The notes: a model not told the origin generated them from the letters alone. Numbered from the stretch's first letter, positions 22,870-36,562 are shown. The stretch is 64,000 nt of DNA from Macrostomum lignano (GCA_002269645.1 NIVC01000217.1:124001-188000), one strand, 5' to 3'. Made by a program: numbers and translations.

Positions 22870-24460
22870 CTCTACCTGCCCCTGTCTATCTGCCGCTCCC
22901 TCTGTTTCCCTACCTCTCCTGTCTCTCTACCTCTCCCCTGCCTCTCTACCTCTCCCCTGTCTCTACCTCTCCCCTGCCTCCCTACCTCTCTTGTGTCTCT
23001 ACCTGTCCCCTGTTTCCCTACCTCTCCTGTCTCTCTACCTCTCCCCTGCCTCTCTACCTCTCCCCTGTCTCTACCTCTCCCCTGCCTCCCTACCTCTCTT
23101 GTGTCTCTACCTGTCCCCTGTTTCCCTACCTCTCCTGTCTCTCTACCTCTCCCCTGCCTCTCTACCTCTCCCCTGTCTCTACCTCTCCCCTGCCTCCCTA
23201 CCTCTCTTGTGTCTCTACCTGTCCCCTGTTTCCCTACCTCTCCCCTGTCTCTCTACCTCTCCCCTGTCTCTCTACCTCTCCCCTGTCTCCCTACCTCTCC
23301 CGTGTCTCTCTATCTCTCACCTGTATCTCTACCTCTCCCCTGTCTCTCTACCTCTCCCCTGTCTCCCTACCTCTCCATCGTCTCCCTACCTCTCCCTTGT
23401 CTCCCTACCTCTCCCTTGTCTCCCTACCTCTCCATCGTCTCCCTACCTCTCCCTTGTCTCCCTACCTCTCTTGTGTCTCTACCTCTCCCCTGTCTCCCTA
23501 CCTCTCTTGTGTCTCTACCTCTCCCCTGTTTCCCTACCTCTCCCCTGTTTCCCTACCTCTCCCCTGTTTCCCTACCTCTCCCCTGTCTCCCTACCTCTCT
23601 TGTGTCTCTACCTCTCCCCTGTTTCCCTACCTCTCCCCTGTTTCCCTACCTCTCCCTTGTCTCCCTACCTCTCTTGTGTCTCTACCTCTCCCCCGTTTCC
23701 CTACCTCTCCCCTGTTTCCCTACCTCTCCCCTGTCTCCCTACCTCTCCCCTGTCTCCCTACCTCTCCTCTGTCTCCCTACCTCTCCCGTGTCTCCCTACC
23801 TCTCCATCGTCTCCCTACCTCTCCATCGTCTCCCTACCTCTCCATCGTCTCCCTACCTCTCCCTTGTCTCCCTAACTCTCCCTTGTCTCCCTACCTCTCC
23901 ATCGTCTCCCTACCTCTCTATCGTCTCCCTACCTCTCCCTTGTCTCCCTACCTCTCCATCGTCTCCCTACCTCTCCCTTGTCTCCCTACCTCTCCCTTGT
24001 CTCCCTACCTCTCCATCGTCTCCCTACCTCTCCATCGTCTCCCTACCTCTGCCTTGTCTCCCTACCTCTCTTGTGTCTCTACCTCTCCCCTGTTTCCCTA
24101 CCTCTCCCCTGTCTCTCTACCTCTCCCGTGTCTCTCTATCTCTCCATCGTCTCCCTACCTCTCCCTTGTCTCCCTACCTCTCTTGTGTCTCTACCTCTCC
24201 CCTATCTCTCTACCTCTCCCCTGTCTCTCTACCTCTCCCCTATCTCTCTACCTCTCCCCTGTCTCTCTACCTCTCCCCTGTGTCTCTACCTCTCCCCTGT
24301 CTATCTACCTCTCCCTTGTCTCTCTACCCCTCCCTGTCTCTCTATCTGTCCCACGTCTTTCTACCTCTCCTCTTTCTCTCTACCTCTCCCCTGTCTCTCT
24401 ACCTCTCCCCTGTCTCTTCTACTCTTCCCCGTCTCTCTACCTCTTTGTATCCCTCCCCAC
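22870..24460. repeat. 18-19 bp pyrimidine-rich minisatellite
   Basis: cctacctctcccctgtct and variants. Confidence 0.95.
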
Positions 24461-24736
24461 TGTTAACCGTCCCAATATTCCTTCCCTGTACTTCCCACCT
24501 GACATGAGCCTCTGAATCTGCAGCGACAAGCCGAGAGTTGCAAAAAAGTCTTTGATCAACCCAAGCTGCATTCAATTCCAATAATTAGGAATGACCTAAG
24601 AAATATGCCTTTTAATCGTATTGATCCGTGAGAACTAGCCGCTTCAGTAGTCCCGATCAAAGTTTTACGAGTATTAGTGCCTCTGACAAATAGAGTGCAT
24701 TTCACTAAGGAAACAAGCTCTAACTGATTGGGAGAC

Positions 24737-25145
<409 letters not shown>

Positions 25146-26744
25146 CGAGCTGACTAAATGACTATTGGATTAAAACTAGGATAAGTAGCTCGTAATCAAT
25201 GTACTATATTTAAACTAATTACAATTTTGTTATAATGAGTAGCAAATTCAAAGCTTTCTTGCACACGAAACTTAGAAAAGCAGACTAGTAACTTGACAAA
25301 AATAGAATTTCTGGACAGAAGTTAATTGCAAAAGCTGATAGCAACGCGCACAATCATGATAGGACAAGAAATCTTCGCAGTGGCAATAGCAAATTAACTG
25401 ACACAATACGCCTTAGAGCAGTGGGTTATGTTAAGAAAGTAAAATCAATCATATTATCAAGCATCAAGCTTGCAATATTTCCTATCCAAATTACGCATTT
25501 GAAAAGAGGTCAAACGGACTGCTTTTTGTGATAAAAATCGTTTTAAATTGGTACTTCTGAATGGTTGATTTGTTTAACAATGCACCCTGTGATTACGCAA
25601 TCGCGCATGTACGAGTACTTTTTCAATTATAAAAACATTCTGTGATCCAATTGAACTGAGCGCTAAATAGAAAAATGTGAGAGTACACACAAAATTCAAA
25701 AAATCATTGGAAAAAATAACAGCATAGAGTTACTTCTAAAGTAAAAATTGAAAAAAAAACGTGTACAGAATAAATTCATTACAAATTTCGATGTATTTTT
25801 AATATAACAATAAATATCGTATACTACATCATGGACAGGTGAAGCAAAAGGACGCCATACTCGCAAAAGTTGTTTACAAAGAAAACAAAATATTTTGCCA
25901 AAACTTTGAACTTCTTTTGCTCTTTAGTAATATTTTTTTCAAACTATATTTGAAATTCGGTAGTCCAGAATTTACGCTCATAGCGCTGAAATATCTTACT
26001 AATGCATTTTTTGTAGCGGAAAAAGGCGCGTCTGGACTGCAGCAAAGTTTGCACGATTTATGAGTTTATAGCGTCCTTTTACTACAACTGGGCCTGCGTC
26101 CTTACTGACAAGCAGGGCATGAAAACGAAAAGTCCGAACCTCTGGTAAATTAGACGTCTTTAGTTCGAATTCGCGGGCTTTGCTTTCCCATCAGAGTCCC
26201 GACGGCGACATGTGGCTCTTGTGTCCAACTGGGAGCTGCAGAATTGAGTTGGTTGGGTTTCGGGAAGCTCCATACGGACGCCGAGGTAAGTGAGGCTACA
26301 GAGGGTCTTCAGATAATGCTTCGAATAGCTAAGTTTTCTTTAGTGCCCATCAGAATCTTAATAAAAAATCTAAAAAGCTCAGCTAAAAATAGATCGACCT
26401 TTGATGGTTTGCGTCTGAGCGGGTTTCAAAGTCGGGTTTGACAATTTGCAAGTCGATGGGTTCCTTTGTACTGATTCTATTTGAACTTGCATCCTCATTG
26501 GCATTCTAATTAAATGGTTATTTGAATAATATTTTTGAAATAGAATATATTAATCCAAGCATTAGATTCCCTGTTTATCGATCTGTTGTGAATTCAGTAA
26601 CAAATACTTGGCTCATAACCGCTTGTCTGTCTGTCTGCCAATTGACAGCTTCACTCGGGCTCAGATTTCTCAGCAATCTACTTGAAATTAATTTTAGCGA
26701 CAAGCCTTACCTTAGCGGAATGAAACACCTGATTGGAACTATGC

Positions 26745-29700
26745 CTAGCGCGACTCGTCAGCTGAGTAGCGGACCAGACAGAACACAATGTCCGATGCCA
26801 GCATGGGGAAGTCGGGCGCTGGGTTGGTGATGACGTACCGGGCGATGAGAGCCTGCTCGCCCTCCTCTGGCGGGGTGATGAAGCGGTACAGGCCGATGCA
26901 CAGAATCCCGTGCCGGTGCAGAGCGCCCAAGAATAGCTTGGAGAAGTCGCCCTGGCTGTACTGGCGGAGTCGCTCGTCGCTGACTGGCAGCTGGGCGACA
27001 CGAGCTCGATCTCGCCTGCGCAGCGTTTCCGGACTGCAGAAGCCGCCTCGGATGCCGGCACCCTCGGCGAGAATCTGCTCCAGCTCAGGAGTGGCGCCGC
27101 CGGTCACCAGAGTCCGGATGAGGGTCAGCGCGTTCTCGTTGAAATACGCGGTGCTCATCAGGGAGTCCAGCACACTCACAGCAAATGAGGTGCCGCAGGC
27201 GAACGGCTGCGTCATGTACAGCTCTGTGTCCGGATCGTCATCGTCGTCCTGCTCCAGGAATTGGACGTTTGCATCGACCGCCAACTCGGTGAGGATGCAA
27301 ATGTTGTTGAGACGATTCGAGCCCGAGCCCTGTTCGACAGGCGGCGTGTCGAAGGCCATGGCCTTGATGTTCAGGGAGCACAAGATCGCCTCCTTGTCGA
27401 CAAGAGTTGCATCGTCGCCCATTCCAGAGTTCTGCTTAGAGCTGAGCACGACGCACATTTGAGCAAGGTTGATGTTCACCGCTCTAAGGTTGGAACGGTT
27501 TAGCGGGGAGCCCGGAAAGAAGCTTAGCTTGGGAAAGTTTATCAAGGTCTTCCACTCGCGCCTCAGGTACTCCATGTTGCCGACAAATATGATGTGACGC
27601 AGCTCGCTATAATGAAAGTTGCTGGCCCTCAGAGGCATTACGAAGCTTCTGAGGCCAATTAAAGGACTTGATGAGTCTGCGAACACGCACACAACGATAT
27701 GGTTGCTGAAAACTGTTAAATTCACCTGCTCCCGGCTCAGTACTAGCTCTTCAAATGAGGTCTCTTGGCACCAGTGGAACATGCCTGTCGAGTCGAACCG
27801 TCGCTCGGACTGCTGCCCGAGTATTTTGGCTTCGTTAGGAGAGAGAAGTGACGGTCTGCGGCTGCCGGCGTTGAGTTCGGTGCTCGCTGGAGCTGAGGTG
27901 CCGCCGACGCCGCTGCTGCTGGCGCTGCCGCCGTTTCCGCTGGGGTTTCCACTGCCACCATTGCCAGCCGGTGTTGTTGTCAGGTTCGCCGAGCTGTCCT
28001 TGCTGTGCCGATTGCGAATCACAGTCTTGCCGGCCGAATGCTTCGGGTTGCTCTGCCTGCAGCGGCATCGCTTCACCAGCTCTGGGTCTGCAACGTCGCT
28101 GTGGCATCGGCTGCAGTAGAAGTAGGCCTTCTTCACCTCTTCGGCCGACTGAGCAACGAAGAACCCCTGAGTGCCTGCCTCTACTTTGATGCCCTCCTTC
28201 GGGTTGATGGCGATGCCAGTCTCGCCTTCAATGGCAATCAACAGGAGGTGCAGCTTGCTGAAGCACACCTCCGCTGCCGCAGGGAAACTCAGACCATCAA
28301 AAGCTGGCGATAGAAACTCGGTGTACATTTCCATGCCCGCCCCCTGCAAATAGTTGTTGAGCCATCTGGGGATGCTTTTCCCTTCACGGTAGCTGCGCAT
28401 GGTAAACAGATTCGCCAACAGGGTGGAGAAGCCGAATGCCATGCAGCTCTGAGCCAGGAAGCCTAGCTTCAGCTCGGCGACGCAGACGGCATCGTCGCCT
28501 TGCTTCCAGTCCCAGCTGGGGATGTTGAGCAGGTAGGTCTTGTTGTGGTACTGCATCAGCTGGATGATCACCTTGATGCGCTCGCAGAAGTTTTTAATTG
28601 AGATGACGCGCATGATGTTGGCGGCATCCTCGGCATCCGGGTCGGGGCAGTACTTGTTGGCCAGCACCAGACAGGCATCTGCAGACTCCAGGCCCACCCT
28701 GGCCAGGTCCCTCGTGTTCATCACGGAACCCTGAAAGAATTGAACCTGCGTGAAATGTCGCTTCAACAGGCCTTGCATCTCCAGGTCGGGTACGTGCTTG
28801 TCCAGCACCACAATCTGAACGTCGACATCCTCGCGATCCTCGTGCAGAAAATCGCCAAGAAAGTTGGCCACCGATTCGAAGGTGATGTGGCCGCACAGCA
28901 CGATGTGCTGTTTGCCTGCCTCCTTGCGAAAGTGGCCGCCGTACTTGTTGCGCGAGCTGAGGATGTCCGCAATCTCGGGAATAGAGTTGGCGAACACGGC
29001 CAGGCCGCCCATGATGACCAGCGCGGAGCCGATTTTGCCCGAGATCGTGGTGCAATAAACGTCTCCGTAGCCAACGGTTGACATTGTGACAATGACAAAG
29101 TAGATGCAGGTGAAGTAGTTCATGTCGTATAAGGTATTTTTGTTGGTAAAATTTGGCGGATCGCCAGAGTTTTCGACCAGGTGGATGAGACCTGCCGCGG
29201 TCAGGACCAGAGAAGCAAAGAAAGTGATCAGCTGTAGCAGCCGAATCCCTGTGCTGGTTCTTAGAATGTTTAAGTATTGAAGCACGTCCGGCAGGCTGAG
29301 AATTCTCAAGGCTCTGGTGGACCTGAGGCCGATCCAGTTCTGGTCAAGATAGACGGCAACAAATGACGGAGGAATGGTTAGAATATCCACTATGCTGTAC
29401 ATTTCAAACCAAAACCACAGTTTGTCCTGGGCGGCTATAAACCGAACAAAAAAGTACACCAGAAAAATGACGTTAAATGCCAGGTCCACCTGCTGCGTGA
29501 CGCTTTCGGACCAGGCGACGCACTCCTCCGTGTTTTTCATTCGGACGGTGTCAATTTGGTACACAACAAGAGACGCCATGCTAACGATGAATACCAGAAC
29601 TACCAGGATCCTACCCGTAGACGTCTGACCCGAGATGAGCTCGCCAGCCCAGTCCTTGGCTTCAGTGAGCCAGCTGATCTCTATCTGCTCCGACTCCTCC

Positions 29701-29921
29701 TCCGGAGGCTCCTCGTCCTCGTCAGTCTCCGGAGCGTAGCTTCGCTGCCCGCTGCCGATCCCAGAGCGGTGGCGCTGAATTAGGCGGCCGATGAACCGGC
29801 TCAGGAGGACAGTCAGAATGCCGCCTACCAGGGCGATCGCGCTGGACGCCAGAAAGATGTGCCACTTCCGGTGCTCAACGCAAGCAAGTTCCGGTGATGA
29901 AGAGGCATTGCTGCTAGACAT
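26745..29921 (-). CDS. KCNMA1: Large-conductance Ca2+-activated K+ channel alpha subunit (BK/Slo1), intronless, 1058 aa
   Basis: S0-S6 segments, filter TVGYGDV, S4 RSTRALR, RCK1 [10 protein letters not shown], heme motif CSRCH, Ca bowl [13 protein letters not shown], all in one continuous ORF. Confidence 0.97.
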   Translation of the reverse strand: MSSSNASSSPELACVEHRKWHIFLASSAIALVGGILTVLLSRFIGRLIQRHRSGIGSGQRSYAPETDEDEEPPEEESEQIEISWLTEAKDWAGELISGQTSTGRILVVLVFIVSMASLVVYQIDTVRMKNTEECVAWSESVTQQVDLAFNVIFLVYFFVRFIAAQDKLWFWFEMYSIVDILTIPPSFVAVYLDQNWIGLRSTRALRILSLPDVLQYLNILRTSTGIRLLQLITFFASLVLTAAGLIHLVENSGDPPNFTNKNTLYDMNYFTCIYFVIVTMSTVGYGDVYCTTISGKIGSALVIMGGLAVFANSIPEIADILSSRNKYGGHFRKEAGKQHIVLCGHITFESVANFLGDFLHEDREDVDVQIVVLDKHVPDLEMQGLLKRHFTQVQFFQGSVMNTRDLARVGLESADACLVLANKYCPDPDAEDAANIMRVISIKNFCERIKVIIQLMQYHNKTYLLNIPSWDWKQGDDAVCVAELKLGFLAQSCMAFGFSTLLANLFTMRSYREGKSIPRWLNNYLQGAGMEMYTEFLSPAFDGLSFPAAAEVCFSKLHLLLIAIEGETGIAINPKEGIKVEAGTQGFFVAQSAEEVKKAYFYCSRCHSDVADPELVKRCRCRQSNPKHSAGKTVIRNRHSKDSSANLTTTPAGNGGSGNPSGNGGSASSSGVGGTSAPASTELNAGSRRPSLLSPNEAKILGQQSERRFDSTGMFHWCQETSFEELVLSREQVNLTVFSNHIVVCVFADSSSPLIGLRSFVMPLRASNFHYSELRHIIFVGNMEYLRREWKTLINFPKLSFFPGSPLNRSNLRAVNINLAQMCVVLSSKQNSGMGDDATLVDKEAILCSLNIKAMAFDTPPVEQGSGSNRLNNICILTELAVDANVQFLEQDDDDDPDTELYMTQPFACGTSFAVSVLDSLMSTAYFNENALTLIRTLVTGGATPELEQILAEGAGIRGGFCSPETLRRRDRARVAQLPVSDERLRQYSQGDFSKLFLGALHRHGILCIGLYRFITPPEEGEQALIARYVITNPAPDFPMLASDIVFCLVRYSADESR

Positions 29922-32869
29922 GGTTGGCAGGCTTGGTTGTTGGCAGCCCCCCTTACACAGTGATACTGTCCCCTAGGTTAGGATGCAGTCGAAGTATCGA
30001 GAAATCCAATGCAATTTTCTAGTTGCAGGATCTCGTGATTTTGATTTCACTCGCGACTGATTTTCGATATTTTCTGGCTGCTTCCTTCGGCGAAGACATT
30101 TTAATATTGTTTCATTCTCGCTCTCTTTCTCTCTCTCTCTCTTCGGTAACGCGTGCTAATCACTCCCGCCCTCTACGCTTTCACCATTGGCTGAGTAACG
30201 AAACTAAACGCGGTTGGCTGACGAAACAGCAAAATCGTGGCATGGCTGGGTGAGAAGTACGCGCGCCATCCCCACCCCCGCGAGTGCTATGGTGTCGCGA
30301 GACGTTTGCTGTTGCGCTAAGCTGAGGTGAGGCCTTGTCTCAGCTGTTCCTGATTCCCGCCCCCCACCCCACTATTTCTTTCCCTTGCTCCCCTCTCTGC
30401 TTATATCTCATTGCCCACCTCACTCCCTGATCCCACAGGCCTTTTCTGCTTCCGCGTGAGCGTGCGGGTGCTTAGGTTGAAGAATGAGAGCAAGAGAGAG
30501 AGGGAAAGGGACAGGGAGGGAATTACGGAATCCCGCAGCACTTTTGAGTGCAAAGCAGCTCATAACGCCACCTAACGCCCCGTCCACTTCCTAGGACCAA
30601 GTCCTCCACGGTTTTGGGGGCTAAACAGAAAGGGGGGGCGGTTGAGCAGTAACGCTGCCGCCATCTCAGTCTCGGAGCACTGTGGGGGCATTATCCAGTG
30701 CAACTCCCCCCACAGATAACCCCCTGGGGGCATGGGAGGCCTCTCTGTCTTGTTCTGCCTTCCTGTCTGTCCCCGCCCGCCAGTCTGCTCAAACACTTTA
30801 ACGCTTTTTTCCGCATTTTCTCTCTCTCGCTCTCTCTCTCTACGGCGGAGCTTTGCATTAATAAATAAAAATTTTATACGCCTAAAAATGCAGAGCCAGC
30901 TTATGTAACAAGCCGGAACAGCGGGTCAAAAAGCCGGGCGGACAAGCCCCCCCCCCTCTCCCCGTCGTCCCCGGCCCCCTCTTGCGCATCCTGAATTTAT
31001 TAAATGCTTTGAATAAAAAAAGTTTGGGTGTGACTGTCAGAGCAATGCTGCGCAAAATGCTGAGATGGGGCAGGGGTGCATAGCCTACGGCTCAAGCATA
31101 CGCTCGTAGAGAACACCTGGTTGGATGATGTAAAGCCGCCTTCTGCTTCTTATATTTTACCCGCGATTTCCTATATGCCTAAAAATCATAAAATATGGCA
31201 CAGCTCGACTCATAGTTTTTTATGACTCTACTAGCGTCTTTTATAATTTCGGCAAAGCATAATTGTCGGCAAAGCATAATAAAAAAGAAAGAGTCCTAAA
31301 ACCAATGAGTCGATCCGCGCCATTTTTATATGATTTTAAACACAGTGCATGTACGATTGTACGTAGGATATAAAATTGAATATCAATAGAGCTATAATAT
31401 AAGAAAGGCAAAAAATAACAAAAGATGAACACTTGGGTCTCCCTTCTATTAAAAAGCAATAAAAATTTAAGCGTTGAAAAATGAAACCTCCTATCTCCGT
31501 AATGTCTTTTTTGGTAAAACATAGCTATCTAAAATTTTCCAAAAAAACGTTACATTAGTTTCAAGGCTCGCTCCAGAATACCGCCGTGACACATAGTGAG
31601 TTGGTTGTCGTCTCTGTCCCCTACAGCCCCCTCTGCAAACTTACTAATATAGCCAGTAGCTTTATGTATGTGTAACACGCAACTGACAGTGTTTATACAG
31701 TTCAAGAGGTATCCTTCTGGTCGACTGATTTGCACTTCAGGTCACGCGGTGACAGGATGTCAAACTTCGTTACGTCTATATGAGGTTCTCTGGTCTTTCA
31801 ACCGAGGTTAAGTGCATAGAGCCCGCTATAGTGAAGTAAATGAGCTACAAGAGGTGAAGCCGTGAGGTGCAGCTCCAATTAGCGTTTTTAGCGGTCATAA
31901 ATTTAATTGGATTGTTGATGCCTATCATCAAATTTGAAGCTAAAGGATATACTTCCGTACTATTAGAACTTCCCTACTGAATGCTTCCAATCGTCCTTTA
32001 AAGGCTTGAATGATCGAAGAGCTCCGGCACAAACCTGCAATATCATTGTGCTGCAATAGAGCCATATACTGTAAATGAGCAAACACGAACTTTCACAGTT
32101 GCACAATGAGCCTGCAGTATCGAGGATTAAATTATATGCAAAGGTAATTGGCTGTGTTGCTACAGGATGGAGCAGGTTAGTGATAAACTCGTCTGACTCT
32201 GGCGCCACGACACCTGGTTTGGTTCTGTGCATCTCTACACGCTATGAGTATGAGCGTGTTTGCTCAGGATGTGCTCACGAGTCAGCGGATGTGTCCAGAA
32301 TTGCCGTCAGCGCTGATTGTGGGACATTTTCACCGACGTGTCCACATCTCTTCCTGCAATTGCTCATGCTCATGTGGGCTGTTGAGATGCCAAGTGTCAA
32401 TAGGGAGATGTTGGTACGCCAAGCATCAAAGGGAGAGTTAGCGTTAAGACATGGCGGAAAGTGAGCTAGGATTTGATGTCAAAGCTGAAAGGGGGTGCTG
32501 ATATCTTTTGCTACGAGTAGATACTCGCGTAGCAGCTGACTTTCAAACATCTTTTTTTCCTTAAGAAACTAAAGAAACTTGTATGTAACACAATGCCGAA
32601 AGCTACATATGTAGCTTATTAAAAAATATTCATTTTTGTTGCCTTCCTATAAGAGAGAGAAGAATGCTAGTCCTCCATAGATAAAAAATGACAGTAAAGC
32701 TCGACAGTAATGTCTACTGAATGGTAGATGAGTTTCTGGGAAGCGTACGTCTCGAGAAAAGCAGGAAAGTCTCGAGATTGATAAAGGAGTCTCGAGATAA
32801 TTATAGAATGGAACGATGAAATGATGGATGGAAGAGTCTGAAGACTGATGAGTATCATTGAAGAGTCTC

Positions 32870-33175
32870 GAGAACGACTGAAGAGTCTCGAGAATGACTG
32901 AAGAGTCTCAAGAATGACTGAAGAGTCTCAAGAATGACTGAAGAGTCTCAAGAATGACTGAAGAGTCTCAAGAATGACTGAAGAGTCTCAAGAATGACTG
33001 AAGAGTCTCAAGAATGACTGAAGAGTCTCAAGAATGACTGAAGAGTCTCAAGAATGACTGAAGAGTCTCAAGAATGACTGAAGAGTCTCAAGAATGACTG
33101 AAGAGTCTCAAGAATGACTGAAGAGTCTCAAGAATGACTGAAGAGTCTCAAGAATGACTGAAGAGTCTCAAGAGT
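32870..33175. repeat. 20-bp minisatellite
   Basis: aagagtctcaagaatgactg repeated about 15 times, nearly perfect. Confidence 0.97.
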
Positions 33176-33952
33176 CCCGAGAATGATGAAATGGAATGAT
33201 GGAATGATGGATGAAACGAAGGAATGGGATGATCAAATGATCGAATGATTGATAGAAGAGTATGAAGAATGACGAGTCTCAAGAGGAGGAGTCTCGAGAA
33301 TGATGGAAACTCAATAAAAATGACTGAAAGAGTCTAAAGACTGATGATCTCCATCAGTCTCCATCCATCAGGCTCAGTCTCCAGAAGAGTCTTGACAATG
33401 ACAGAAGAGCCTCGAGAACGATGGAAGAATCTAAAGAGTGATGGAGATAGAAGAGCCTCGAGAATGATAAAGAGTCTCGAATATTTTAGGCACTTAATAT
33501 TCAACATATTCCTAATGCCTGTGATCTGCTTACTAATCGCAAAAGTAAACATGTAATCGAACACGTGATACTAAAAAATCTAACTGCATTGCAGTGCAAT
33601 TAGCAATTATTTGGTTAACAAGCATACGCTCTTATGATGCTTTTACCGCCCTTTTAGCTGGAACGGATTGTAAAACTGAGAGACCCAACGCAAGGCTTCC
33701 TAACTCTGCCTCTAGCCAGAGGTGATTAGCGTTACATCGACGGATATTAATCATGCTCAGAATTTTTAATTCAGCTGTTAGTTCAGCATTTTTATTAATC
33801 ATATGGAATTGAATGTAAAAATGAGTACGAATTGGGATGACCTGTGGCGGAGGTGGAGGTCGATAAAAATATTTTAGAACGGAGCTCAGCTGTTGAGCGC
33901 GGCTTAGCGATGGGCAATCAAACACACGAACATAGCCACATAGCGGCGTATG

Positions 33953-33986
<34 letters not shown>

Positions 33987-34336
33987 CATTCCGCCCGGAT
34001 CGGAATGGCTTGATGACTGCTGGGCTGTAAAATATGCAAAAAAATCCACAAAGTTTTTTATTGATTCAAACGACATAAAAATGTTTTGCCCTGCAGATAG
34101 GAAGCAGCTTCGAAGTTTTTATGCTCCAAATTTTAATTGGAAAATTTGAAAACTTCTTCAAACAAGTCAAGCTGCGGTGCTAGAAAGCTAGAAAAGTTTC
34201 TTTATTCTAGTTGGTTAGAGTCCTTAACTTTGCTAATAAATACTTTTTCAGCAGAAGAATATCGGTTGGAAGGTTTATATCTCTAGCACGCTACTTAAAG
34301 TAACAGAGAAAGGGTTTTATTAGTAGAACATCTTGC

Positions 34337-34713
34337 TCAGTAACCGTGTTCATGGTTGATCTTCTTTGATGTCACTCCGCCAACCCCGCTGCCAGGCTTG
34401 CTGTCCTGGGTCAATCTGGCCACGTCCTCCCGGTTCATGAGGTCATTCAACTCCTGCTCGATGCGCAGCAGCTTGGCATTGCTCTCGTTCTCTTTGAACA
34501 AGGTGTCCTTACAGGTAACCTGAGCCAGGAGCGAATTCAACTGCGACTGCTCCAAGTTTTTGAATACAGTTTGATGGTTTTGGTTCGGCTCCGAATCGAT
34601 CTCCTGGATGAGGTTGTGCAGTCCGTAGTTCAGAGCTCGGGTGTCGCCGCCCTGCTTGGCGCCCGGATCCGACAGCTGACTGTCGCGCGGCAGCTTCTGA
34701 GCGGCCGGTTGAT
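34337..34713 (-). CDS. Uncharacterised 253-aa protein, exon 2
   Basis: Acceptor ttgcAG at 34715-34714, phase 1 compatible with exon 1; open to the stop at 34339-34337; GC-rich, coding-like. Confidence 0.7.
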
Positions 34714-34800
34714 CTGCAAGCGGACAAAAATATACAATTAAAGCTTTTACTTAAAGCCAGTTCATACTGCCCGACAAGTGGAAAGCGAGGACTTTCTGTA

Positions 34801-35147
34801 CCCGGTATTACGGTTTAGAAACTCCGGGGCTCTGGTCAGTTTTGGGTCGCCGATCCGGAGACTGCAAACGGGCTGGGATCTCCGACCGGAGATCTTAAAG
34901 GGTTTAGGATCTCCTTCGGAGAATAAAAACGGTTAGGGATCTCCACGATCGGAGATCCGTAACCGTTGTGGGATCTCCGGGGCATGGTCAGGTCTCCCTA
35001 TCCGGAGATCCAAAACCAGATTCTGTTATCCCCTCGGAGATTCTACACCGATATCCGTGAGGGCGATTGTAAAATCGCGTAATTTTTTTGGTTGGATCGC
35101 CGGGCCGGAGATCCTTAACTCCGGAGAGCAGAAACCCTAACACCGGC
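34801..35147. mobile_element. MITE-like element with an internal array of GATCTCC...GGAGATC palindromes
   Basis: Imperfect terminal inverted repeats ccggt(a/g)tta(c/g)ggttt and 7-9 short hairpins; no TSD found. Confidence 0.5.
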
Positions 35148-35224
35148 TGAGTAAGTGTGTGAAGTGCCATAACAGCCGTTTTTGCAAACTAATTACAACA
35201 GTGTATGAGCACCCTGACGAACTT

Positions 35225-35475
35225 TGAGCGACATTGTCACACAACCAGCGAGAGGCATTACTGCCCATTCCGCCGACTCCCCTAAGCAGGTACACAAGCG
35301 CGCGGATACGTACGCAATCATACGCACAGCAGCCCAACTTTATTTAACCTTAGTTGTGTACACTTTACTGTGCCTTGGGGGTTGGCCCTCAGGGCCGCTA
35401 ATTGCGCGTGCAGAGCCAAGCCGAGAATCGAACTTGGGCCGCTAGAGCGCTGCGCTAGATCAAGCACTAAGCTAC
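35225..35475 (-). mobile_element. tRNA-headed SINE ('family A'), most complete copy
   Basis: Minus strand: A-box tagcttagtg, B-box gttcgattc, then the shared central and tail modules. Confidence 0.8.
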
Positions 35476-35721
35476 GGCTTCCCAATGTAACTGACATGAA
35501 AAAATCCAGCATATAGCTACGAGCGTATCAAGCGTTAACAGATATAGCTCGCAGACTTTTATGCTTCCATTTACGCTCCTAGCAATAGCCAACAAAGAAG
35601 TTTCTATACAGTGGAGCTAAAATCTGGTAATTCAGACACTCGTGTCGTTCTACAAAAGAATGCACTGCAGACTATGCAAACCATTTAATCAGCTCAATGT
35701 TCGCTCTGGTTTGTGTCTCAC

Positions 35722-36106
35722 CTCCTCCCGTGCTTTTCACTCCGCCAATGCCAAACTTGAGTATGGACGCATCCGCGCCCAACGCCTGCTGCCCAATGGA
35801 GGCCGTGGAGTCAAGCGAGCCACGGTTTAAATCCGCAGGCGGTGTGCACAGCGGGAAGTGCTGCCGCACAATGCGGCTCTGCTCAACTTCAATGTTAATC
35901 GGTAGCAGCATCCGTTTTTGATCCGGGGAAGCCTCCAGTTTCTTGCGCAGGATGGCGCACACCAGGCACTCGGGATCGCGGCGCTTGCCGCAGGCTTCCA
36001 TCATCCGCTGGATCCCTTCGCGACTCAGACTTTCCGAGTGGTTGATAACAGTGACGTCATTTAAGTGTTTTTCGCCGATTGACGCTGTCTGTTTGCTTTT
36101 TTGCAT
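35722..36106 (-). CDS. Uncharacterised 253-aa protein, exon 1
   Basis: aaaATG at 36106, donor G|GTGAGA at 35721; 385 + 377 = 762 bp gives an intact frame. Confidence 0.7.
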
Positions 36107-36254
36107 TTTAAAAGGAGCTGACTTGGGGCGATTTAAGTAAAAGCAGCAAAACTATTGAGCAATTTTAACTTCCCAAATAATACGAGCTGTTTTTGACACC
36201 ATTAATAAAGCAAGCAGACATAGACAATTGTTTTTCCTTAATCGGGGATCTGTT

Positions 36255-36562
36255 TTATTAATTGATAATAATTGATTACACCTGCCCCACTTGGCCCAGA
36301 TGTGCAACCGACAGCTCAGCCGCAGCTTGTGCGGGGCATCTGAAGGCTGCGTACGGCTGTTCAGTCCAAGGACTGTGGGGTCGTCACACAACCTCGATTA
36401 CCCCAGCTAATGCTGGCACCAATTTTTAAGTTGAGTGAACTGAAGCAATGCAGAGCTTAAAGTGCCTTGCTCAAGGCCAAAAATTGTTCCAGTGGGATCG
36501 AGAATCGAACCCTCGACCTTCAAGTCGTGATTCCGACGCTCTGACCACTAGGCTATCACTCC
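36255..36562 (-). mobile_element. tRNA-derived CORE-type SINE
   Basis: A-box tagcctagtgg and B-box ggttcgattc, followed by ccttgagcaaggcacttt...cttcagttcactc, which resembles the CORE domain (MIR ccttgggcaagtcactt); AT-rich tail. Confidence 0.8.

Noticed and set aside
21083-24515. Long ORFs of 294-574 aa (L/S/P-rich)
   Set aside because: They are translations of pyrimidine-rich minisatellites that lack stop codons; several frames are open at once and no domain is present.
26788-29783. Many plus-strand and alternate-frame ORFs overlapping slo1
   Set aside because: They are shadows of a GC-rich coding sequence with no recognisable domains.
31550-32464. Short ORFs upstream of slo1
   Set aside because: No splice-consistent structure or recognisable motif; possibly decayed transposon sequence, but I cannot support that.
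35345-35430. HDV-like ribozyme in the family A central module (hairpin followed by GCTAA)
   Set aside because: No P1 or P2 partner strands could be found, and the putative catalytic C is not conserved in other copies.
36494-36562. tRNA gene (also the heads at 35420-35475 and 58400-58462)
   Set aside because: A and B boxes are present but there is no complete cloverleaf or acceptor stem; each is followed by SINE body sequence.
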